Of a stretch of 64,000 nt of DNA, positions 43,457-51,194 are shown piece after piece. Origin of the DNA: Gammaproteobacteria bacterium (lineage in GTDB: Bacteria; Pseudomonadota; Gammaproteobacteria; Eutrophobiales; Eutrophobiaceae). The translations under genes and the position numbers were made by a program. The first letter of the stretch is position 1; every line of letters starts with the position of its first letter. The notes below the pieces were generated by a model that did not search any database, was not told where the DNA came from, and worked only from the letters and a program-made list of their open reading frames with translations. Location of the stretch: NCBI GenBank assembly GCA_965116585.1, contig OZ220714.1:2309247-2373246 (forward strand), written 5' to 3'.

Positions 43457-45529
43457 TCAATCCGCATACCGGGCAATCCTGAAGCCCAGGTCATTCCTGG
43501 CTTCGCTGTCGTAGTCGCGGTAGGACAGGCGTAGTTCGGTGACGCTGCTGTGTCTCCAGCTTGCGCCGCGGATGACGTGCAGGTCACCGCGGTCCGGCCC
43601 CATGGGGTCCAGCTCGGTTTTTTTATCGGCACTGACTACCACGTCGTAAACGTCATTGACCCATTCTGCCACGTTGCCGCCCAGGTCGAAGAGGCCCTTG
43701 TCGTTCGGCGCGAAGCTTCCCACTGGTGCGCTTACGACATGGCCGTCATCGTACTCGCCGATGATGCGCCCCAGGAGGCTTGCGGCTTTGCGGTCGGCGT
43801 AGTTGCCGCTGTTGTTGGCGGGCGGCATCTCTGCGCCCCAGGGGAACTTGAGGGGCTCGCCTGTCCTGCCGGTGCGCGCGGCCCAGGCCCATTCTGCCTC
43901 GGTGGGCAGGCGGTAACCGTCTGCTGTTTTATCAAATCCCGTTATTTTGCCGTTCTCCTCGATATAGAACGGCGCCAGGGATGCCTCCCTGCTCAACCAG
44001 TTGCAATAACTCGCGGCCTGCTCCCAGGTCAGGTTCACCGCGGGCTGGTTGTCTCCGTTCAGGCTGTTGCCCTGTACCGTACCGGAGGAAAAATCCTTGT
44101 TGAACAAACGATACTCCCGGTTTGTGACTTCCTTCAAACCCAGGTAGAACGGGCGCGTGAGTTGCACGTTACGGATAGTCTCGTTGGCCCGGCGCCCCGG
44201 TTCCCGGCGCGAGGCGCCCATGGTGACTGTGCCCGGGTAAAACAACTTTAACGCCTGTCCACCCGGGGCGCTGCTAACCGGTTTCAGGGCTTCCAGTTTT
44301 GCCTGTTTGACGGTCTTCAGGGTCACGTTCAACTGCTGTTCCACGCCGGGCAGGGGCGTGAGGGTGGTCTTGTGTTCCACGTAGCCCTGTTTGCGCACCT
44401 CGATCCGGTGCTCACGGGTGGATAACAGCAGTGCGCCGTCAGTGACCGCGGCCAGTGCCCCGTCAACGTACACCGAGGCGTCGGCCGGTTCGAGCTTCAC
44501 TGCCACGCGCACCAACTCAGGCTCCAGGTTGATGGATAACCTCTTCTGCTCACCCGAGCGTGCCTGCGCCGACCTGGATGCCGGCTGGTAGCCCTGTTTG
44601 AACAGGCGGATTTGCGCGCGCACACCCGGCGTCAGGGGAACTTCCAGCGGCGTCAGTCCCAGGAAATTGCCATTCAGGGTGGCATTCGCCCGCGCCGGGT
44701 CGGAGACCAGGAACAAAGTGGCATCCGCCGGTTCCAGCTTGACGTCATCAATGGTCTGCGGCTCTCCCGCGACCACAGTAATAGTGTCCTGCCAGGCCTT
44801 GTAGCCGTTTGCCCTCACCCTGATCTCATGTTTGCCTTGCAGCAGGTCCACCGTGAGCGGGGTTGTGCCGAGCAGGTCAGCGCCGCTGAATACCTGCGCG
44901 TGCGCCGGTGTCGAGGCCAGGCTGAGCGCCGCCCAGGCCGGTTTCAGTTCGGCATCGAGGATTTGTTCCTGGCCCAGTCCTTCCAGTATTACTTGTTCAC
45001 GCCAGGGTAAATAACGCGCCGCCTTGATCTCCACAAGATATTCTCCCGGAGGGAGGTCCCTGAGCGTCAGCGGCGTTTCCCCCCTGGCGACGCCGTCCAC
45101 GAACACCGGCGCGCCCGTGATGACGCCGCTGCCTATGCGCAGGTGTCCGGGCAGCTTCTCCAGCCGGTAAATATAGTGCTGGGCCGCGGTATCGGTGACG
45201 AGCAGGGTTTCCTGCAGTGGCTGGTACCCCTGGGCAGTCAGCGTCAGGTCATAAGCCCCTGGGCGGACCAGGTGGCGATTGCCCAGCTTCAGTTGCAGCA
45301 CACCGGAGATATCGACTGTGGCGGATAACGGTTCCGTTTCAATATACACTGCCCTGGCAGTCAGCATGAACCAGGCACAGAACGCGCCGAGGGCGAGTAA
45401 TGCGAAAACCAGGCACAGGCGCAGATTGATCTTGATTGACCAACCTGGTTTTGTTGACGAAAGCGGCTCGAATCTTGCCGCTTCAATCCTGGCTGCCGTG
45501 TTGGTCGGATGATTTATCTTTTCTGCCAA
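43457..45529 (-). CDS. Membrane-anchored protein with multiple PEGA domains and a C-terminal formylglycine-generating-enzyme (FGE/SUMF1)-type domain
   Basis: Repeated ...GxYxLxxxKxGY...R blocks are PEGA-like. The C-terminus GGNVAEWV...RGASWR...GFRIARY carries FGE-sulfatase motifs. Confidence 0.65.
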   Translation of the reverse strand: MAEKINHPTNTAARIEAARFEPLSSTKPGWSIKINLRLCLVFALLALGAFCAWFMLTARAVYIETEPLSATVDISGVLQLKLGNRHLVRPGAYDLTLTAQGYQPLQETLLVTDTAAQHYIYRLEKLPGHLRIGSGVITGAPVFVDGVARGETPLTLRDLPPGEYLVEIKAARYLPWREQVILEGLGQEQILDAELKPAWAALSLASTPAHAQVFSGADLLGTTPLTVDLLQGKHEIRVRANGYKAWQDTITVVAGEPQTIDDVKLEPADATLFLVSDPARANATLNGNFLGLTPLEVPLTPGVRAQIRLFKQGYQPASRSAQARSGEQKRLSINLEPELVRVAVKLEPADASVYVDGALAAVTDGALLLSTREHRIEVRKQGYVEHKTTLTPLPGVEQQLNVTLKTVKQAKLEALKPVSSAPGGQALKLFYPGTVTMGASRREPGRRANETIRNVQLTRPFYLGLKEVTNREYRLFNKDFSSGTVQGNSLNGDNQPAVNLTWEQAASYCNWLSREASLAPFYIEENGKITGFDKTADGYRLPTEAEWAWAARTGRTGEPLKFPWGAEMPPANNSGNYADRKAASLLGRIIGEYDDGHVVSAPVGSFAPNDKGLFDLGGNVAEWVNDVYDVVVSADKKTELDPMGPDRGDLHVIRGASWRHSSVTELRLSYRDYDSEARNDLGFRIARYAD

Positions 45530-45548
45530 GATACACCGCCTGTGGATG

Positions 45549-47117
45549 TCAGTTCCCCAGCGCTATCCGTTCACCGCTGCTGACCACTACCGGTTCCATG
45601 GCTTTATCCGGGTCAACAAAAAACTCCACGCGCACATCGCGATAGCCGTCACGGTGGCCGACTGCCACGTAACGGCCGGGACGCAGCGACAGGACTTTAC
45701 TGGTGAAAGAGCCTAGTTCGCCCACCTTGTACAGGGTGACCCGGGTCTGGTTGTCGGAGCGCAGCTCTACCGTGACCGGGGTTGCAGCCAGGGTGAGCAG
45801 GCGCACGAGTTGTTCCAGTTGTGCGGATAAAATCGGACCCGGATCCGGCAAGCTCTGGATTGTATTGAGAAAACTGGTCACGTCATCGTATACGGCCCGG
45901 TCAAACAGGCGCTCCGGCTGTGCCAGTATCTCTTCCAGCCGGGTGTGTATCTGCGCGCGCAATGCCGCGCGTTGCTTACCTTCCAGGGCATTGCCCAGGC
46001 TGCTGTTCAGTTTCAGGGCGGCTTCATAAGCAGCGACGGCGCCGCGCCAGTCTTCCTGGTGCTCTGCGCTCTGCGCCTGCTTGAGCGCGCTATTGATCTG
46101 CGTTGAGGTGATACGATGTGTGGCCTGCTCGATGCCGTCACGGGCCGAGCGTGAGCGGGGCTTCAGCTTGAGCGCCTGCTTGAACGCTTCCCGCGCCTGT
46201 TCGTGGCGTTCCTGTTCCAGCAACCGGAAGCCGGAAGACATGGCCAGGTTGAAGGCGTTATCGTTGATGCGGGCTTTGCTCAGCTCAAGCTGTTGCCGGG
46301 CGCGCGCCGCATGCGAGTCGATATCCAGGGCCTGTTGATATACGTCCCGGGCCTGTTCGGGCTTGCCGTCCCGCAACAAGGCATCACCCTGCTCGATCAG
46401 CGCCATCACCTCGGTGAGGCGCCCCGCCCGTTCCATGCCCAGCAGGGCATCCCGGTCAATGGAGTCGATGGCGAGGGCGATACTGAACGCGCTACCGGCC
46501 GCATCGGCATCACCGGCATCCAGGGCCGCGTGGCCGGCTTCCATGGTATCGGCAAACAACTGTTCCACACCTTCCAGCAATCCGTTCAGGATGTCCAGGG
46601 CGGCGGCATAGTGGTCGTGCGCCTGGGAAAAATTCTGGCGGCTGTACTCCGCGTCTCCCGACCGGGCGTGTTCCAGCGCTTGCTCGTACTCCTTCCTGCC
46701 CCATACGCTTACTCCCCGTTCCTCCAGGGCTTTCTGTGCGTCCAGCAATTCCTGCAGGATTGCCTGGCTGTCCTTACGCACGGAGAACTGCTGCGCCTTG
46801 CTCCAGGGGGCAGCGTCCGGCGCGGTTGCGCGCGGCGCGGAGGGTGGCGTTGTCCCTGCGGCCCGCGGCGGCCTGGTAGCGGGCGTAGCGGGGTCGTTCT
46901 GGCTCGTGTTACCGCCGGATTCGATGACCGGGGACGGAATCCAGCGGGGGAGCAAGAGGAAGACAACGCTCACGGCGCACAGCACTGCAGCGCCGCCCAA
47001 CCATAACCCTGGTCGCCCAGGCAAACGCCTGCGTTTCGACTCCTTGCCGCCGGTAGCGGCAGTGAGGTCAACCTCAGCCGGCTTTATCGGGACAAAACCA
47101 GGCTCTTTGGATCGCAT
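45549..47117 (-). CDS. TM-anchored TPR-repeat protein with a C-terminal PEGA-like domain
   Basis: Pro/Ala-rich linker, multiple A...Y..AL...P TPR-like helices, C-terminal ...VTLYKVGELG...LRPGRYVAVGHRDGYRD. Confidence 0.55.
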   Translation of the reverse strand: MRSKEPGFVPIKPAEVDLTAATGGKESKRRRLPGRPGLWLGGAAVLCAVSVVFLLLPRWIPSPVIESGGNTSQNDPATPATRPPRAAGTTPPSAPRATAPDAAPWSKAQQFSVRKDSQAILQELLDAQKALEERGVSVWGRKEYEQALEHARSGDAEYSRQNFSQAHDHYAAALDILNGLLEGVEQLFADTMEAGHAALDAGDADAAGSAFSIALAIDSIDRDALLGMERAGRLTEVMALIEQGDALLRDGKPEQARDVYQQALDIDSHAARARQQLELSKARINDNAFNLAMSSGFRLLEQERHEQAREAFKQALKLKPRSRSARDGIEQATHRITSTQINSALKQAQSAEHQEDWRGAVAAYEAALKLNSSLGNALEGKQRAALRAQIHTRLEEILAQPERLFDRAVYDDVTSFLNTIQSLPDPGPILSAQLEQLVRLLTLAATPVTVELRSDNQTRVTLYKVGELGSFTSKVLSLRPGRYVAVGHRDGYRDVRVEFFVDPDKAMEPVVVSSGERIALGN

Positions 47118-47187
47118 TTCTCACCGGCCAGCGCAATCATCACGCAGGTCTCTTCCAGCGACCTGATGAAACATGCCCACCGGCCTG

Positions 47188-48381
47188 TCATTGTCCGGTG
47201 TCAACAGCCGACCCGGTTTCCGTCGCATGGATCTCTTTCAGGATCCGGCGCCATTGACCGTATTGCTCATTCACCGTACCCGACAGGGTGACCGTGCGGT
47301 CTTCCAGTTCTATGGAGTGTGGTTGTATTTCCGAATCCAGCGATGCGGAAATTTCTTCCAGGGCTTCCACGTGGATTTTCGCTTCCTCGCGCTTTTGCAG
47401 GCCGCTCTGGATCGCCGTGGCGCCGGCGCCGATGCCTACCCAGCCGGCCGTGCGCGCAGTCCTGCTGTCAACCCCTTGCGCCAGGATGCCGGCCAGCACC
47501 GCCAAGGCGCCGCCGATCAGGCGGGTATTGGCTTCGGACTTGACTTCCCGCAATGCTTGGCTCTCCAGGTAAAAGGCTTCACGCCACTCCCGGTACGGCG
47601 CCTCCATCTGGTTGACGAAAGAGGCGTAATACTGTTGCAGCGTATCGACAAAGATATAGTCTCGCTCCCGGATCTGGCGCATCTGTTGCATGGCCGGGTC
47701 ACCCTTGGCGGGCAGGCGCTTGACCGCGTAGCGTCCCTTCTCATTCACGGTCAGGTAGTCGTGGAATAATTCGGGTGAGAAGTCCCGGGCAAATTTCAAT
47801 TCGGCGACGGTTCTTATCGTCCTGATCTCAGTGGCGCTGAGCAGGCTGCGATAAGCCAGCATATCGTTCGCGATCTGGTTATAGATCTTCTGAAACGGTT
47901 CGCGGTTGTTGGAGGTGCGGTCGTCGTATGAATACTTGCCGGCCACTTCCGTGTATTTCTTGCTGAACCAGCGCTTACCCGTGGCATCCTCCACGGTCAC
48001 GCGCAACCACAGGTTCTCGCCGTCAGATTTCAGGATCTCACCGTCCGCCCACACGTCCATTTCGCTGAGCCGGTCCGGTATCACCCGTACCACGCCCCAG
48101 TTGCCGGTGTGTTGCAGGGTTTCCATCAGTTGGTATGGGACGAAGCGCGCCTCCGCGGCGCGGATTTCGGGAAATACACCCTCTTCCTCGACGCTGATGG
48201 CGTCGGTGCCGGGATTGAAGATGCCGACCCCCACGTCCAGCAATAACTCTTCCGGTGTTGCCTCCGTTTCCAGGGCCACCTGCTCGTAACTGGACGTTTT
48301 TACGGTGGTGGTGTTACAACCGGCCAGACTGAAACACAGCGCCACAACCACCGCAATCGACTTGATATGGCTTGTTCTCAT
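47188..48381 (-). CDS. Lipoprotein, unknown function
   Basis: Signal peptide plus lipobox LAGC; 397 aa. Confidence 0.5.
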   Translation of the reverse strand: MRTSHIKSIAVVVALCFSLAGCNTTTVKTSSYEQVALETEATPEELLLDVGVGIFNPGTDAISVEEEGVFPEIRAAEARFVPYQLMETLQHTGNWGVVRVIPDRLSEMDVWADGEILKSDGENLWLRVTVEDATGKRWFSKKYTEVAGKYSYDDRTSNNREPFQKIYNQIANDMLAYRSLLSATEIRTIRTVAELKFARDFSPELFHDYLTVNEKGRYAVKRLPAKGDPAMQQMRQIRERDYIFVDTLQQYYASFVNQMEAPYREWREAFYLESQALREVKSEANTRLIGGALAVLAGILAQGVDSRTARTAGWVGIGAGATAIQSGLQKREEAKIHVEALEEISASLDSEIQPHSIELEDRTVTLSGTVNEQYGQWRRILKEIHATETGSAVDTGQ

Positions 48382-49310
48382 CTTAAGTCTCGTTTGTATT
48401 TACGATATTCGTCCCACAGTTTTTCCCTTAGCTCGGGGTCTTGTTCCTTCATGGCGGCCTCACGCAACTGGCGCGCGATGATATCGTCATTCCGGGCATC
48501 GGCCAGGTCAGGCGGCACCTGGCTGTGGCTGGGGGTTGGGATGTTCCCCTCTCCCTGCACGGATATGGGGTCGCTGTCAACCAGTGCGGTTTGCATGGGT
48601 TCGTTGGCTGCCCCGTCCAGGGAGTCGCTGGCTGCGGGAAAAGCATCCTGTTCGGCAAATCCGCCCCCGCCCTGCTGGTCTGCCCGTTCACTGTTGGCCT
48701 GCTGCTCACTCAGCATCACCCGGTCAAATTCGGCAAAACCCTGTTCCAGTTCCTCGTCCAGAACCTGCTTCTTCTCGGCCGCGGTTACTGCCGGAGCGCC
48801 GGCGCCGGTCCCAGTCGCTGAGGGCGCAGCGCCGGACCCGGCCGCATCTGCTCCCTGCTCTCCGGCCGCGGGCCTGCTCTCCAATGCCTCCAAGGCTGCA
48901 GCCAGTATTTCATCCTCGGTTTGCTCCCGTCCGCCGGCGCCGACTGGTGTTGCCCCACCGGGTTGTTGCCGGGCGCCGGCCTGGGCCGGTGCGGAAGCGC
49001 CGGCGCCGCCGGCAGAAGTTGTACCGGATTGCGGCGCCGGCAGGGAGACCGTGCCCGGAGTGGGGGCAGGCGTGCCCGGCATATCGCCTGAACCTGACCC
49101 GGAGGACGGCAACCCGGGCATGCCCGGCGCCTCCACTTGAACGGACGGGCCTGATGATCCCGGTGAACCCGGCGCTCCGGGTGACCCTGCCGGTGGCGGA
49201 GAACCGGGGGCGCCCGGCGCCCCTGAGGAACGGGTGACCGGCGTGGTATTGCAGCCGACCACCAACGCCAGGACGAAGATCACGACCGGAAATTGTAACG
49301 GCCTTGCCAT
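48378..49310 (-). CDS. Lipoprotein with collagen-like G-A/S-P-G low-complexity repeats
   Basis: MARPLQFPVVIFVLALVVGC lipobox; GAPGAPGSPPPAGSPGAPGSPGSSGP repeats. The start is assigned to the ATG at 49310; the longer ORF runs to 49412. Confidence 0.5.
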   Translation of the reverse strand: MARPLQFPVVIFVLALVVGCNTTPVTRSSGAPGAPGSPPPAGSPGAPGSPGSSGPSVQVEAPGMPGLPSSGSGSGDMPGTPAPTPGTVSLPAPQSGTTSAGGAGASAPAQAGARQQPGGATPVGAGGREQTEDEILAAALEALESRPAAGEQGADAAGSGAAPSATGTGAGAPAVTAAEKKQVLDEELEQGFAEFDRVMLSEQQANSERADQQGGGGFAEQDAFPAASDSLDGAANEPMQTALVDSDPISVQGEGNIPTPSHSQVPPDLADARNDDIIARQLREAAMKEQDPELREKLWDEYRKYKRDLR

Positions 49311-49408
49311 GATAGTCGCCATTATAGCACAGGGTCTGGTTGGCAGGCCAACTACTGCCGAGGGAATCTCCATGATCCTGGCGCAATTGTTTTCGCTTCC
49401 CTCACTCA

Positions 49409-50326
49409 TCAATATTCAGAGGCGAGGCGTAACTCATGCAGCCTTTTTCTCCTTCTCTGTGCCGTCTCACCCAGTGCGTCCGCCACACCGGCGACCAGGA
49501 GTTCCATCAGCGCCGCGATACTCACGACAGAAGTAACCATGGCGGGGCCTTCTACTTCCACCGGTAATACGCAGTCTGCAACGGCCGCAATGGGAGACAG
49601 GCGGGGATCGGTAATCAGGATTATCTCCGCCCCGTTACGGTTTGCCTGCCTGGTAAAATCGGCGGTGTCAGCTTGATACGGCCTGATATCAATGACTACC
49701 ACCACGTCCCTGCTATTGATGTCCAGCACGTATTCGCTGCTCCAGGTATGGACAGGTCTGCCGAACCCGATGCCCGGCCTCAGTTCGTGCAAGCGTAGCG
49801 CAAGATATTGCGCCAGGAAATCCGTAGACCGGCCACCTGTGCCGGTGACTCTTGACTTCCGGTTGGAGAGCAGCCCAATGGCATGCTCAAATTCGGACAC
49901 AGGCAGCCGGGCCAGGCTGTCAAGTAATTTATCCTGGCACATCCTGGCAAAACCCTGTGCCAGTCCTTCATCCCTGACCTCGCCAGCCCTGTCTTTATGC
50001 AAATCATAAGCATGGTTTTTTCGTTGGCTGATCTCCCCCAGCAGGCGCTCCTGAAAATCCATGTAACTGGTAAAACCCAACCGTTTGATAAACCGTAATA
50101 CAGTAGGACCACTGACATCGCTCAGTGCTGCCAGCCTGGCAACGGATAACAATCCGGCACAGGGATAATCGGACAGGACTATTCTCGCGACGCGCTTTTC
50201 TGCACGCGTCATGACTGATAGTTCTGTAGCTATGTAATGACTTAACAACTTCTCAACCATGATACTTCTGGTAGGGGCGAAAGCACCTACCGGAATTAGT
50301 CCCGTGGCATTCCTCAAAGTTCCCAC
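49409..50326 (-). CDS. RpiR/MurR-family transcriptional regulator (HTH + SIS domain)
   Basis: ...AEKRVARIVLSDYPCAGLLSVARLAALSDVSGPTVLRFIKRLGF... is an RpiR HTH; a SIS domain follows. The true start may be the internal MVEKLL. Confidence 0.7.
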   Translation of the reverse strand: MGTLRNATGLIPVGAFAPTRSIMVEKLLSHYIATELSVMTRAEKRVARIVLSDYPCAGLLSVARLAALSDVSGPTVLRFIKRLGFTSYMDFQERLLGEISQRKNHAYDLHKDRAGEVRDEGLAQGFARMCQDKLLDSLARLPVSEFEHAIGLLSNRKSRVTGTGGRSTDFLAQYLALRLHELRPGIGFGRPVHTWSSEYVLDINSRDVVVVIDIRPYQADTADFTRQANRNGAEIILITDPRLSPIAAVADCVLPVEVEGPAMVTSVVSIAALMELLVAGVADALGETAQRRRKRLHELRLASEY

Positions 50327-50414
50327 GCGGCTGCAGAAATGACGACAAACTTCACATAAAATCGCCGAACGGTTTATACTTTAACGGTGTCCTGTTTCCG
50401 CCAACACAAGGTTC

Positions 50415-51194
50415 ATGATTAAACAGTTCCCGGCGCTATGCCTGCTGCTGATGCTCACGTTCAGCCACAGTTTTGCCGCGCCGTTCAGTTATACCTGGCG
50501 CATTGAAGATATTGCCAAAACGAATACCGGCACTGTCGAGCTGCGCGACAAGAACGGCCGTCTGTTGAAGCGCATCGACTCAAAACAGATGATCTACCTG
50601 TACTCGGTGATGCAGGCCCTGGAGGAAGTCTCGGAGCTGCGCTCGGAACTGCTCATCACCGACGGCAAGCAACCCAATGCGTTTGCCACCAAAGGCATGG
50701 CGGAACTGGTGCCCACAGAAGCAAGCGACAAGGATCAAGCGGAGGCCGGGGCGCAGGCGGCCAGCAGGCAGGGCAAGGCGCTTGCAGACGCCAAGCCGAT
50801 AGACGAGGACAATGCGGTGGAAATCAATATTGTCGGCATCAATTTTGCCATGCTGGACCTGCTCGGCCTGGACGTGCACATGGCCGCCGCCCTCATCGGC
50901 CATGAACTGGGGCATTTGAAGCTGAACCACGGCGAGGACCATAAAGCCCAGCGCCGAACCGACATCCGCACTGCCAGCAACACCCGCTACAGCCGTGATA
51001 ATGAGCGCGAGGCGGACTACCTGGGCGCTATCTGGGCGGTGGAGGCCGGTTATGACCCGGCAGGGGCGGTGCGCCTGCAGGAGTTGCTGTACAAGAAGAC
51101 CAAACACCTGTCAGGAGGCTTTTCCGGTTCACACCCGTCGTCGATTGAACGCGTCACGAAACTGAAGTCCCTGGCCCGCCGGCTGTCTCAGTAG
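50415..51194 (+). CDS. M48-family zinc metalloprotease (secreted)
   Basis: Signal peptide; HEXXH motif (IGHELGHLKLNH); downstream EREADYLG. Confidence 0.75.
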   Translation: MIKQFPALCLLLMLTFSHSFAAPFSYTWRIEDIAKTNTGTVELRDKNGRLLKRIDSKQMIYLYSVMQALEEVSELRSELLITDGKQPNAFATKGMAELVPTEASDKDQAEAGAQAASRQGKALADAKPIDEDNAVEINIVGINFAMLDLLGLDVHMAAALIGHELGHLKLNHGEDHKAQRRTDIRTASNTRYSRDNEREADYLGAIWAVEAGYDPAGAVRLQELLYKKTKHLSGGFSGSHPSSIERVTKLKSLARRLSQ

